A DNA stretch of 64,000 nucleotides from an uncultured Candidatus Saccharibacteria bacterium (GCA_964634305.1 CAZWLE010000004.1:35059-99058); one strand, 5' to 3'. Shown: positions 10,002-19,436, numbered from the stretch's first letter. The notes: generated from the letters alone by a model not told the origin. Numbers and translations: made by a program.

Positions 10002-10316
10002 CTAATGATGGGGGCGATTGAGTAGAGATTCAAGCTCGGCCTTGAGAACACCGTAGGGAAGCCCGAGACTTCCCGCACGTGCGTAGGCAATAATGGAGCG
10101 ACCAGGGGTGAGATAGGGGCGTAGGACAGCGAGCATCCGGCGCTTCAAGAGGTGTCGGTCGACCGAGCGACGGGCTACCTTCTTAGACACTACGGCAGCT
10201 GCCCCTCCTTCACGGGCAGGGACAGCAACAATAGAGAAATGGGCTGAGGATGCCCTCATACCGCTCCGGGTGTCCGGAAACCGAGCCCGGGAAAGGCGGC
10301 TCCGGCGGGGCAGCAT
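10002..10316 (-). CDS. rnpA: Ribonuclease P protein component
   Basis: VVSKKVARRSVDRHLLKRR (RNR-like motif); between rpmH and yidC. Confidence 0.9.
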   Translation of the reverse strand: MLPRRSRLSRARFPDTRSGMRASSAHFSIVAVPAREGGAAAVVSKKVARRSVDRHLLKRRMLAVLRPYLTPGRSIIAYARAGSLGLPYGVLKAELESLLNRPHH

Positions 10317-10323
10317 GCCTAAT

Positions 10324-10476
10324 TTACGCCTTACGGCTCTTGACGGTCAGCGCGGCGCGTCCTTTTCTGCGGCGACGGGTAAGAACGTTCTTCCCGGTAG
10401 GGGTTTTGCTGCGAGAAAGGAAGCCGTGGGCGCGAGCGCGCTTTCGTTTCTTCGGCTGGTACGTGCGTTTTGGCAT
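10324..10476 (-). CDS. rpmH: 50S ribosomal protein L34 (below ORF-track cutoff)
   Basis: Manual translation [50 protein letters not shown]. Confidence 0.97.
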   Translation of the reverse strand: MPKRTYQPKKRKRARAHGFLSRSKTPTGKNVLTRRRRKGRAALTVKSRKA

Positions 10477-10494
10477 GAAGTCGAGTGATAAATG

Positions 10495-10576
10495 CTATCC
10501 ACAGGATACTAACATGTTCTCCACGCCGAGCAAGAAAATAGGCCAGTTTTTAGTTATCCACAGTGGCGCGTATACT
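10495..10576 (+). promoter_or_regulatory. dnaA promoter region with DnaA boxes
   Basis: CTATCCACA 10495-10503, perfect TTATCCACA 10554-10562, and -10 TATACT 10571-10576 nine nt before the dnaA ATG. Confidence 0.8.
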
Positions 10577-10585
10577 ACTCCCACG

Positions 10586-11929
10586 ATGAACAAACAAGAT
10601 CCTCACGAACTTTGGGAACACATACTTTCGCAGGTAGAACTCTCCATATCACCTGCCAATTTCAACACCTGGTTTCGTGAGAGTCATATTGTAAAGATAG
10701 AAGAGGGGATTGTGTACGTAGGTGTACCGAGCCAATTCTTCCGTGATTGGTACCAGAAGAAGTTCCACGCGCTTCTCCTTAAGATTCTCCGCTCGGTCTC
10801 CTACGAGTTCCGTAATATTGAGTACCTCATCGTTAAAGATGCACGTAAGCCAAAGGTAGAGAAGCGTGAGCGCCAGAATCAGGAGTTGCCGCTCGATGAG
10901 TTCTACATAAACAAGAGCGACAACCTTAATCCTCGCTACACGTTCGATACGTTTGTCGTTGGTTCCTTCAACGAACTCGCGTACACCGCTGCTATGGCTG
11001 CTATTAAGCGCCCTGGCATCACATACAACCCACTCTTTGTGTACGGCGACACCGGACGCGGTAAGACGCACCTCATTCAGGCGGTGGGTAATCAATTCAA
11101 GAAACTCTACCCAACGCGTAAGGTCTACTATCTAACGTCAGAGAAGTTTTCCGTCGACTACACCGACTCCATAGGGCAGGGGACGGCGAACCGTTTCAAG
11201 GAGAAGTACCGTCAGTACGATCTCATCATCATGGATGACATCCAGTTCCTCGCCAAGAAGGAGAAGACGCAGGAGGAACTCTTCCACCTCTTCAACCACC
11301 TGCACGACAACAATAAGCAGATTATCTTCTCCTCAGACCGTCCTCCTCAGGCTATTCCTGATATTGCTGACCGTGTACGTGGACGTCTTCTTAGCGGCAT
11401 GACGGTGGATATTTCTGAGCCTGATACCGAGTCTCGTATCGCTATCGTGAAGAAAAAGGCAGCTCAGCACGACGTCATCCTTGCTGATGATGTGGTGGAG
11501 TACGTCGCCACCTCCGTTTCTGGCTCTATTCGAGAGCTTGAAGGCATTATTAACTCACTTGTGTGTCATGCGCAGGTAAAAGGAGTATCTCCAGACCTTG
11601 CAGAGGTACGTCAGTCACTCCGTTCTTTCTCCCGCCCTACTAAATCAGTCTCGGTTAAGCATGTGGTCTCTAAGGTGGCTGAGTTCTACGGTATCGACGA
11701 GGAGAGTATCTACGAGAAGACACGCAGAAGGGAGGTGGTACGCCCACGTCAGGTCATCATGTTCCTTCTTCGTGAGGACTTCTCCGTCTCATATCCGACG
11801 ATAGGATCAAAGCTTGGTGGTCGTGACCACACCACCGTTATTCACTCGTGCGAAAAGGTGCGTCGTGAGATGACGGATGATCTTGAACTTGCAAAAGAGA
11901 TTCAAGATATCCGCGGACTGTTGGTATAG
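10586..11929 (+). CDS. dnaA: Chromosomal replication initiator DnaA
   Basis: LNPRYTFDTFVVG, YNPLFVYGDTGRGKTHL, DDIQFL, GGRDHTTVIHS. Start re-called at MNKQD because the ORF-track extension overlaps rpmH/rnpA. Confidence 0.98.
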   Translation: MNKQDPHELWEHILSQVELSISPANFNTWFRESHIVKIEEGIVYVGVPSQFFRDWYQKKFHALLLKILRSVSYEFRNIEYLIVKDARKPKVEKRERQNQELPLDEFYINKSDNLNPRYTFDTFVVGSFNELAYTAAMAAIKRPGITYNPLFVYGDTGRGKTHLIQAVGNQFKKLYPTRKVYYLTSEKFSVDYTDSIGQGTANRFKEKYRQYDLIIMDDIQFLAKKEKTQEELFHLFNHLHDNNKQIIFSSDRPPQAIPDIADRVRGRLLSGMTVDISEPDTESRIAIVKKKAAQHDVILADDVVEYVATSVSGSIRELEGIINSLVCHAQVKGVSPDLAEVRQSLRSFSRPTKSVSVKHVVSKVAEFYGIDEESIYEKTRRREVVRPRQVIMFLLREDFSVSYPTIGSKLGGRDHTTVIHSCEKVRREMTDDLELAKEIQDIRGLLV

Positions 11930-12132
11930 GTGTGTAAAACCTATGGAAAACTCCCAGGAAACTATGAGGATAATTACTGAGATGATTGGGGATTCTGTTA
12001 GGTTGGGAAAAGGGGTGTTAGTAAGTTCTGTTATTAACAATAGTTTTCAACAGGGTTGTGTAGGTGGTAGGGAGAAAATAACTAAGTATGTAGGCGGTAT
12101 TACTACGTTTTCCACCTATCAACACAACTAAT
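11930..12132. other. oriC: Probable replication origin (oriC) between dnaA and dnaN
   Basis: AT-rich intergenic with degenerate DnaA boxes: TGTGTAAAA 11931, TATGGAAAA 11942, TGAGGATAA 11965, TTATTAACA 12031, TTTTCAACA 12044, TTTTCCACC 12108, CTATCAACA 12116. Confidence 0.8.
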
Positions 12133-13242
12133 ATGGGTGGTATGAATATTTCTCTAGAAAAAAAAGAATTAATACAGGCAGTGGGAATTGTTTCTCGTTT
12201 CTCTGAACGAAAGACCTCAACACTTCCTGCACTTGCAGGTATCTCGATACTGGCTGAGAAAGATACCCTTACGTTCTATGCCACTAATCTTGAAACCGGT
12301 ATCAGTCTTAAGGTGCAAGGCTCAGTCCGCACTCCTGGATCTATTGTGCTTCCGGCGAATATTTTCCGAGAGATCACCAACTCCTTCTCAGGTACAGGGA
12401 CAGTTTCTTTAGAGCTTGATGGTGATGTAGTGAAAATAGCAGCAGGAACCGCAAAGACCACTATGAAAACCCTTCCTCAAGAGGATTTTCCAACCCTTCC
12501 TTCTCTTGAGACGTCTAAAATCTCCTTCACTCTCCCTGGTACGCTTCTTAAGAGCCTTATTTCAACGGTAGCGTCGTGCGCATCTCCTTCGACGGTACGT
12601 CCTGAACTTGCCAGTATCTTTATTTCCGCTGAGGGCGGCACGGTAAAGGCGGTAGCTACTGACTCATTCCGTCTTGCAGAGAAGAAAGTATCCGTGAACG
12701 CATCAGTGAAGCCGTTCTCCATGCTTATTCCTGCTAAAAACGCCCTAGATATCGCACAGACGCTTCCTGACGAGGATATTGAGGTAAATGCCGACGAACA
12801 TCAGTGCTCCTTCTCTTGGAAGGGAGGTATGGCTACGACACGTCTTGTGTCTGCACAGTACCCAGACTATGGGCAGATAATTCCAAAAACATTCGCCGCA
12901 GAAGCGACGATTCTCCGAAAAGATTTTGAGACGGCTCTTCGTCGGGCCTCTGTCTTCTCTGACGCGTTCCAAAAGGTTCGTGTGGGACTTGATGCAGGAA
13001 AGAAGCAAGTCACGCTCTCATCGCGAAATTCTGACGTTGGAGAGTCCTTAGAGAGTATTCCTGCATCAATATCAGGAGAAGTAATAGAGCTGCCGTTTAA
13101 TCATCGTTATCTTGGTGCACCACTCTCTCTTATTGGCGCCGAGAGTATCTCGCTCTCTGCTGCAGGTATCGGTCGTCCATTAGTTATGCGTGGTCAGGGT
13201 GATACGTCCTTCTTGTATCTGGTAATGCCGATGAATCAATAG
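12133..13242 (+). CDS. dnaN: DNA polymerase III beta sliding clamp
   Basis: ATNLE, VATDSFRLA, YPDY..IIP, FN.RYL, ends YLVMPM; start could be 12142. Confidence 0.97.
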   Translation: MGGMNISLEKKELIQAVGIVSRFSERKTSTLPALAGISILAEKDTLTFYATNLETGISLKVQGSVRTPGSIVLPANIFREITNSFSGTGTVSLELDGDVVKIAAGTAKTTMKTLPQEDFPTLPSLETSKISFTLPGTLLKSLISTVASCASPSTVRPELASIFISAEGGTVKAVATDSFRLAEKKVSVNASVKPFSMLIPAKNALDIAQTLPDEDIEVNADEHQCSFSWKGGMATTRLVSAQYPDYGQIIPKTFAAEATILRKDFETALRRASVFSDAFQKVRVGLDAGKKQVTLSSRNSDVGESLESIPASISGEVIELPFNHRYLGAPLSLIGAESISLSAAGIGRPLVMRGQGDTSFLYLVMPMNQ

Positions 13243-13247
13243 TTTTG

Positions 13248-14282
13248 ATGATTAACTCAAAAACATTATTTATAGTTGGTGCTGGAGCAAGTCAGGAGGT
13301 GAAATTTCCAGCAGGGGATACTTTTAAAAAAGAAATAACCAGACGGTTAGATATCCAATATGAACATGGTTTCGAGAGAACCTCTGGTGATGAAAGGATA
13401 GACGAAGCCTTTAGAAGATTAGTAAGAGAGAAGAATCCCCAAAACCAAGACATAAACCCGTATCTAAAAGCATCTCGGAAGATAAGAGACGCTCTGCCTC
13501 AAGCGTTATCTATAGATAATGTTTTGGATGCTCATGCGGAAGACGATGAGGTCCAGCTAGCAGGAAAGCTTGGAGTTGCCCAGACAATTCTAGAGGCAGA
13601 GAGAAAAAGTTCCCTGTTCTGTGGATTTGGAGAGAAGATAAACCAGTCGAATCTTTTGGATACTTGGTATGTTCAGCTTTCTAAGCTACTTACAGAGAAT
13701 GTAAGAAAAGGAGATATTGGAGAAATCTTCGATAACGTTTCTTTCATAACTTTTAATTACGACAGATGTATCGAGCAATATCTTCCCCATGCTCTTGCGA
13801 ATTATTATTCAATCTCCTTAGAGGAGGCACGGGCGATAGTCTCCACTTTGGTGATTAAACATCCTTATGGGCAGGTCGGTAGATTAAGCGCAGAAAATCC
13901 AAGAGACATGGTCCTTTTTGGAGAAACTGAGAGGGTTGATTTAATCGCTATTTCCTCTCAGATAAAAACTTTTACACAACAAGAAGCAAACCCAGCTAAC
14001 CTGGAAGATATAAAATCATTAGTAAGAGAAGCTGAAACGATAGTGTTTTTAGGGTTTGGTTTCCATAGGATGAATATGGAGCTACTCGACCCTCAGACGT
14101 CCACAAAAGTTAAGAGAGTATTCGGTACCGCTAGAGGCATTTCAAACATGGATTGTGAAGTGGTCAAAGACGACATCATGTCCATCCTTCACCCAGAGAC
14201 TACAATTCCTAAAATCGTGATTGATAACACCTTGTCCTGTTATGGGCTTTTCGAAACACACTGGAGAAGTCTCTCTCGTTAA
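13248..14282 (+). CDS. SIR2-like (SIR2_2-type) domain protein, possible NADase/defence effector
   Basis: FIVGAGAS, ITFNYDR, KHPYG, IVFLGFGF motifs; visibly AT-richer with AGA/ATA codons compared with neighbours. Confidence 0.75.
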   Translation: MINSKTLFIVGAGASQEVKFPAGDTFKKEITRRLDIQYEHGFERTSGDERIDEAFRRLVREKNPQNQDINPYLKASRKIRDALPQALSIDNVLDAHAEDDEVQLAGKLGVAQTILEAERKSSLFCGFGEKINQSNLLDTWYVQLSKLLTENVRKGDIGEIFDNVSFITFNYDRCIEQYLPHALANYYSISLEEARAIVSTLVIKHPYGQVGRLSAENPRDMVLFGETERVDLIAISSQIKTFTQQEANPANLEDIKSLVREAETIVFLGFGFHRMNMELLDPQTSTKVKRVFGTARGISNMDCEVVKDDIMSILHPETTIPKIVIDNTLSCYGLFETHWRSLSR

Positions 14283-14285
14283 AAA

Positions 14286-16481
14286 TCAGTTCCCAAACCC
14301 TGGTGGCATTATCTCGTAGAGAATCTCCGGTTCCTCGTCCTCATCCCGGTTTCTGCGGCGGTCGTTATTGTCTTCGTTACCTTCCTCGTTTGGATTTGTC
14401 AGGTCGTTGCTGAGGGCGTACTCCCAGTACGGAGTCTGGCGGTCACTACGTGAGGTGCCGCCACCAAGTGGATTGTCCTTGTCTACAAACCAGAGAAGGT
14501 CGTGAATACCGGAGTTGTCGGTAAAGCTACCGCGAAGTGCTGCGGGTGCGTTGTCAGGAATGGCACGGCGCTCACCAAAGTATTCCTGCGGCACCTTCTG
14601 AAGGGCGAAGTCCATGTACTCACGCCATGCAGGAGCAATGATGTAGCCTGCGACCTGTTTCACCATAGGGCTGTTGTCGTTGTTACCAGCCCAGACACCA
14701 ACCGCAAGTCCTGGCGTGTAGCCAATGGTCCATGCGTCGCGGTAGTCGTTAGTGGTACCGGTCTTTGCCGCAACATCGTAGTCAGCAAAGGAGAATGGGT
14801 TGTTACCTGGATTCTCGCGGGCTGCATCGTTTGAGAGGATGTAGGAGATGTCGCGCGCGACACCCGCATCAAGTACCTGCGTTGGGTCTGCCTTGAACTC
14901 TTCGAGTACCTGACCGTCGGAATCAGTAACCTTCAAGATACCGACCGGAGGATTAAGGACGCCGTCGTTAGCGAACGCGCCATATGCACTCGTGATATCG
15001 AGGAGGCGGACTTCACCCGCACCAAGCGCAAGTGAGAGACCGTACTGCTTCGCGTCACCAAGCGTGGTGATGCCCATGCGCGTCGCAAGGTCGATAACAT
15101 TCTCGATACCGGCGATGTACATAACCTTCACGGCAGGGATGTTAATCGACTGTACGAGGGCCGTGGCAAACGTCATAGGGCCGCGGAACTTATCATCGTA
15201 GTTACCTGGTGCGTAGCACGGATACTCGCTCTGGAAGATGTCGGACGGCGCGCAGGCGGTAGAGAACTGAGTAGGGAGGTCGAAGATAATCGTGTCAGGG
15301 GTGAAGCCTTTAGCGAGTGCGGTCGCGTACACGAATGGCTTAAACGACGACCCTGGCTGACGCTCGGCTATCGCAATGTTGTAGCTACCGTCGACACTCT
15401 CATCAAAGTAATCACGTGAGCCGACCATAGAGAGAATCTGTCCGGTCTTTGGGTCAATCGCAACGAGTGCTGCGTTTGAGGCGTTGTAGCGTCCTTGGTT
15501 TGCAATCGCATACTTATTCACGACTGACTCTGCTTCACGCTGAAGGTCGACATCAAGCGTTGTCTGCACTTCAAGACCGCGCGTGACGGCGGTAGGGCCG
15601 TACTTATTCTCAAGATACTGCTCGATAAAGAAAACGAAGTGCGGCGCGATGATTGAGTTAGTGTTCTGGGGGCTCCAGGTTACTTTCTCCGCCTTTGCCG
15701 TCGCATACTCCTCGTCGGTGATGTACCCGAGCTTGTTCATGCGCTCAAGCACGTAGTCTTTGCGGATATCGAGGTCGTCACGGTTGTTACCGTACGGCGA
15801 GAAGTAGGTAGGTGCCTGAGGGAGCGCAGCAAGGTATGCCGCCTCTGCGATAGAGACATCCTTCGCAGACTTTCCAAAGTACGCACGAGTAGCAGCCTCA
15901 ATACCGTAAAGCGTGCCGCCGTACGGGGTGTTATTGAAGTAGAGTTCGAGGATTTCTTCCTTTGAGTAGCGCTGCTCAAGTTTCAAGGCGAGCACCCACT
16001 CATGCACCTTACGAATGATGCTCTTGTCGGTAGTAAGCAGGGTGTTTTTGACGACCTGCTGCGTAATGGTTGAACCACCTTGTGCGAGCGTACCAGTCGT
16101 TATGTCGACATATATTGCGCGGAGGATACCAGGGATGCTGATGCCGTTGTGGTAGTAGAAGGCAGAGTCCTCAATCGCAATCGTTGCTTTCTGAACGTTT
16201 GGCGAGATGAGGTCAAGCGGAACCATGTTCCGAGTGACGTCAGGATTGAGGTCGTAGAGCACGGTGTTGCCGGTGCGGTCGAGAATACGAGTCGACTCAC
16301 TAATCTTTCGGGTCGAAAGGGTGTCGAGGTCAGGAAGTGGAGCGAGTGCGACGTAAAGAAGAGTAGTCGCAAAGCCAATGAATACAATGCCGCCCATAAT
16401 GCAGAGCGCCCGTACCACAGGGGAGGGATGATGAAGGAAGGAGTCGATAGTCGCCTTCAGGTTGAATTTCTTCTTGGTCAT
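14286..16481 (-). CDS. Class A penicillin-binding protein (PBP1A; transglycosylase-transpeptidase)
   Basis: EDSAFY.H.G, GGSTITQQ..KN, RK..E, S..K (GSSFKP), S.N (SIN), KTGT. Confidence 0.96.
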   Translation of the reverse strand: MTKKKFNLKATIDSFLHHPSPVVRALCIMGGIVFIGFATTLLYVALAPLPDLDTLSTRKISESTRILDRTGNTVLYDLNPDVTRNMVPLDLISPNVQKATIAIEDSAFYYHNGISIPGILRAIYVDITTGTLAQGGSTITQQVVKNTLLTTDKSIIRKVHEWVLALKLEQRYSKEEILELYFNNTPYGGTLYGIEAATRAYFGKSAKDVSIAEAAYLAALPQAPTYFSPYGNNRDDLDIRKDYVLERMNKLGYITDEEYATAKAEKVTWSPQNTNSIIAPHFVFFIEQYLENKYGPTAVTRGLEVQTTLDVDLQREAESVVNKYAIANQGRYNASNAALVAIDPKTGQILSMVGSRDYFDESVDGSYNIAIAERQPGSSFKPFVYATALAKGFTPDTIIFDLPTQFSTACAPSDIFQSEYPCYAPGNYDDKFRGPMTFATALVQSINIPAVKVMYIAGIENVIDLATRMGITTLGDAKQYGLSLALGAGEVRLLDITSAYGAFANDGVLNPPVGILKVTDSDGQVLEEFKADPTQVLDAGVARDISYILSNDAARENPGNNPFSFADYDVAAKTGTTNDYRDAWTIGYTPGLAVGVWAGNNDNSPMVKQVAGYIIAPAWREYMDFALQKVPQEYFGERRAIPDNAPAALRGSFTDNSGIHDLLWFVDKDNPLGGGTSRSDRQTPYWEYALSNDLTNPNEEGNEDNNDRRRNRDEDEEPEILYEIMPPGFGN

Positions 16482-16507
16482 GCGGGAATCCTAGCATGAG
16501 ACGAACG

Positions 16508-16536
16508 AAGCGGCCCTGCATGACGCAGGGCCGCTT
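16508..16536. terminator. Hairpin terminator downstream of the acidic microprotein
   Basis: AAGCGGCCCTGC-atgac-GCAGGGCCGCTT, 12-bp stem. Confidence 0.7.
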
Positions 16537-16551
16537 TGTGTGACGAGCTGC

Positions 16552-16644
16552 TTATACAGCGTCTTCGTTCATTTCGTCGGTGGTCTCTTCGTCGGTGACT
16601 TCCTCCTCACCGTCAACTAGATCATTTCCTAGGTCGTCGTTCAT
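16552..16644 (-). CDS. Highly acidic 30-aa microprotein (in-frame alternative start 16665)
   Basis: Manual translation MNDDLGNDLVDGEEEVTDEETTDEMNEDAV*; host-like codons; followed by a hairpin. Confidence 0.55.
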   Translation of the reverse strand: MNDDLGNDLVDGEEEVTDEETTDEMNEDAV

Positions 16645-16745
16645 GTAACGCAAATTATTTCTCATGCCCGAAGGCGCGAACCGCTCTATATGTACCAAAT
16701 CCGTCCGGGCTAGGGAAGGGGATAGTCCAGTGCGTGGGGATAGTG

Positions 16746-17219
16746 CTAAGAGAGACGGTCGGCGAGCGCTGCAATACCGACCGCTATAGCGTCCAGCTCG
16801 TCGTCTCGACGACGCTCTTTAGGGGGAAGTGCGATGAGTTTTGGCAGCATACGCGCTATTGCCGCCTTGTCCGCGCGTCCGTCTCCCGTAACGGCAAGCT
16901 TTACGGTGCCTGGTGCGTACTCTCGAACCGATAGTCCTGCAGCACCTGCGACGGAAAGTGCTGCGCCACGTGCTTCAGCCACGCCCATAGCGGTCTTTTT
17001 ATTAGTACTAAAGAAGAGCGTCTCAAGTGCGAAGCGGTCCGGTGCGTAGTCGCGTATGGCCTTCGTGATTGCCTCAGACACCGCTGCAAGACGCATTTCC
17101 TTATCTCCCTTTGGCGGTTCAACACATTCACTCCAGACAAGCGTTGGTCGTGATGCGTCACCTTCTAGTACCGCAATACCTAAGCGATCAAACCCTGGGT
17201 CAATCGCCAATATTCTCAT
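16746..17219 (-). CDS. ruvC: Holliday junction resolvase RuvC
   Basis: MRILAIDPG, ALE..FF..N, EARG, VK.AVTG.GRADK, DDE.DA.A; start re-called. Confidence 0.96.
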   Translation of the reverse strand: MRILAIDPGFDRLGIAVLEGDASRPTLVWSECVEPPKGDKEMRLAAVSEAITKAIRDYAPDRFALETLFFSTNKKTAMGVAEARGAALSVAGAAGLSVREYAPGTVKLAVTGDGRADKAAIARMLPKLIALPPKERRRDDELDAIAVGIAALADRLS

Positions 17220-17757
17220 AGCCCTCAGCGTTCGAGTACACATCCTGCGTGTCCTCATATTCATCGAGGACGGTAAGAAGGTCGACGAGCTTTGTTTCGT
17301 CGTCACCTGTGACTTCGGTAAGCGGAGGATTAGCAGTGTAGCGACCGTCCGGAGACTTAGTGAATGCCCACGCAGCGCTTCCGGGAACGCCAAGCTCATA
17401 GCCTTGCTTAGACATGAGGTGCTTTAGCTCCTGTGTCGTACGGTTTCGACTATCAGTAACGGCAGAAACAATAATCGCGACGCCGCCTGGTCCAAAGAGT
17501 TCGTAGGCAACTTGCTCAAGTGCGCCACCGTCTTTTGATGAGCCTTTTGCAAGCGCGCGGTCGATATTGTCTTTAGGCATGTTTGCCGCCTTCGCGCGCG
17601 TAATGACCGCGACAAGACTCGGGGAAGAGAGATTCCCAGCTGCCTTCTTTGCTTCTAGTGCAATCTCTTTCGCAAACTTCGAGAACACCCGGCTACGCGC
17701 AGCGTCGGTAACTGCCTTCTGTCGCTTTATCTGTGCCCACTTGCTGTGACCTGCCAT
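17200..17757 (-). CDS. yebC: YebC/PmpR family protein (short form)
   Basis: MAGHSKWAQIKRQK, AKAANMPKDNIDRA, YE..GPGG, TD.RNRT; 185 aa. Confidence 0.95.
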   Translation of the reverse strand: MAGHSKWAQIKRQKAVTDAARSRVFSKFAKEIALEAKKAAGNLSSPSLVAVITRAKAANMPKDNIDRALAKGSSKDGGALEQVAYELFGPGGVAIIVSAVTDSRNRTTQELKHLMSKQGYELGVPGSAAWAFTKSPDGRYTANPPLTEVTGDDETKLVDLLTVLDEYEDTQDVYSNAEGYENIGD

Positions 17758-17830
17758 GGCGCCACTATACTTGGAAAAACAGAGGAGGCGAAGTACGATG
17801 CTCCTCTAACCAGGCTAGGGAGTACAGACA

Positions 17831-18223
17831 TTGGCCCGATTAGTAAAAAATGCGTTCGATACACCTCAGTCGTGTCACGAACGCAGTCGAGTGTTTGCCA
17901 TGGGGTTTCGGGCGAGCATCCAAGGTCCCGAGGCAGCGTCATTCATGCGGAACTTCCACAGTGCCTCAAAAGAAGTGGCGCGCCTCATCGGCGATGAGTT
18001 CATGAACCTTCTCGATGACGAGGCGGAGCGCGACTTCATCGCAGGTCGACTGAAGTATGTTGCTGCGGACCTTCACATCCTTGATGGGTGTGCAAAGGCG
18101 GCGACTACGACTGACGGTCGCTGTCGTCGTATGGGGCTCGAGTGCATGGCAATCGTGCACGCTGAGCTCCAGGCGCTCCAGTCCACGCTCAGCTTGCTGC
18201 TTCCTAAGCAGGATGCGGCATAA
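17831..18223 (+). CDS. Orphan helical hypothetical protein
   Basis: 130 aa; TTG start with GGGAG SD and upstream TACGAT; followed by a hairpin. Confidence 0.55.
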   Translation: MARLVKNAFDTPQSCHERSRVFAMGFRASIQGPEAASFMRNFHSASKEVARLIGDEFMNLLDDEAERDFIAGRLKYVAADLHILDGCAKAATTTDGRCRRMGLECMAIVHAELQALQSTLSLLLPKQDAA

Positions 18224-18227
18224 GAAC

Positions 18228-18255
18228 AGTGCCGACCGCGTTAGCGGTCGGCACT
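18228..18255. terminator. Bidirectional hairpin between convergent orphan gene and ruvB
   Basis: AGTGCCGACCGC-gtta-GCGGTCGGCACT. Confidence 0.7.
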
Positions 18256-19234
18256 AGCTTTTTATATAGTTCCGGCCTTTCTCAGTAATGATGCGCCCAC
18301 GTGGAGAACGTTCGATAAACCCAAGACGAAGAAGATACGGCTCATACACATTCTCAACCGTGTCAGGGTCTTCGTGTAGTGCTGAGGCGAGGGCACGGAT
18401 GCCTGTAGGGCCACCACGAAAACCAGTCTCTAACGTTTCAAGATAGCGGCGGTCATCTTTAGTGAGTCCAAGTGGGTCGATACCAAAGAGCTCGCACGCT
18501 TTGTCACATGCTTCTTCGTCTATCGCGCGGTCGTTCACTTCTGCGTAGTCGCGTACGCGTTTAAGGAGTGCGTTTGCGACGCGTGGTGTCGCACGGCTGC
18601 GGCTCGCAATCATACGTACGACATTTGGTTGTACTTCAAGACCAAGCACTCGTGCGCTGCGAGCAACGATAGAGCGCACGTCTTCGTCGGAGTAGAAATC
18701 AAGCTGATATGTGCCACCACCAAATCGAGAACGGAGTGGCCCAGAAATCTGAGCGACGCGCGTCGTTGCGCCAACAAGCGTGAAGCGGGGAAGGGCGAGC
18801 TCAACCGTACGTGCCGATGGTCCTTTCCCAAGCACGATGTCGAGCGCCCCTGATTCAAGCGCGGGATAGAGGAGCTCTTCAATCTTGGTACCCAGACGAT
18901 GTATCTCGTCGATAAAGAGCACTGAGCCTGGCTCAAGGTTCGTCAGTATTGCCGCGAGGTCACCGGCGCGCTCGATAGCCACACCGGACGTTGTCTTAAG
19001 GGGTGCATCAAGCGTTGCGGCAACCAAATGGGCGAGTGTTGTCTTGCCGACACCGGGAGGACCGTAGAAAAGAATGTGTTCTGGCATATCCCCGCGCTTT
19101 TTGGCGGCGTCGAGGGCGACCCGAACGTTCGCTTTGACGTGTCCTTGGCCTACATATTCGTCCCAAATACCTGGTCGAAGCGCCGAGTCGAGGGAGCCGT
19201 CAGGGAAGGAGGGAGGCTGCGAAGCACTTGACAT
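18254..19234 (-). CDS. ruvB: Holliday junction branch migration ATPase RuvB
   Basis: LRP..WDEYVGQ, GPPGVGKTTLA, FIDEIHRL, GATTR, EPYL...GFIER.PRGR; start re-called at MSSAS. Confidence 0.97.
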   Translation of the reverse strand: MSSASQPPSFPDGSLDSALRPGIWDEYVGQGHVKANVRVALDAAKKRGDMPEHILFYGPPGVGKTTLAHLVAATLDAPLKTTSGVAIERAGDLAAILTNLEPGSVLFIDEIHRLGTKIEELLYPALESGALDIVLGKGPSARTVELALPRFTLVGATTRVAQISGPLRSRFGGGTYQLDFYSDEDVRSIVARSARVLGLEVQPNVVRMIASRSRATPRVANALLKRVRDYAEVNDRAIDEEACDKACELFGIDPLGLTKDDRRYLETLETGFRGGPTGIRALASALHEDPDTVENVYEPYLLRLGFIERSPRGRIITEKGRNYIKS

Positions 19235-19280
19235 AAAGAAAGGGTATGCTAGCATTCTATCACACGCACTTTCGAGCGCG

Positions 19281-19436
19281 TTTTCTTTTTGCTCGCGGAT
19301 AGGACCCTCTAGGCAAGGCTTGACGGCTGAGGGCGACTCCCCAAGGACCGTCCTGGTGCCACCTCCGGGTGGAGTGCTGGGCGTATCCTCAGGCGTGTTG
19401 TTCGGCCTGGAGGGTTCTGTATACGAGCGAAGAAAC
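19281..19436 (+). ncRNA. Rod-like structured ncRNA, 6S RNA candidate
   Basis: Nested helices 19291-95/19424-28, 19301-13/19406-18 (13 bp, 2 G-U on + strand), 19327-32/19387-92 and apical 19359-72; -10-like motif upstream, terminator downstream. Confidence 0.6.

Noticed and set aside
10250-10585. 112-aa N-terminal extension of DnaA in the ORF track
   Set aside because: It is antisense to rnpA/rpmH and spans the DnaA boxes; DnaA domain I and the -10 point to ATG 10586.
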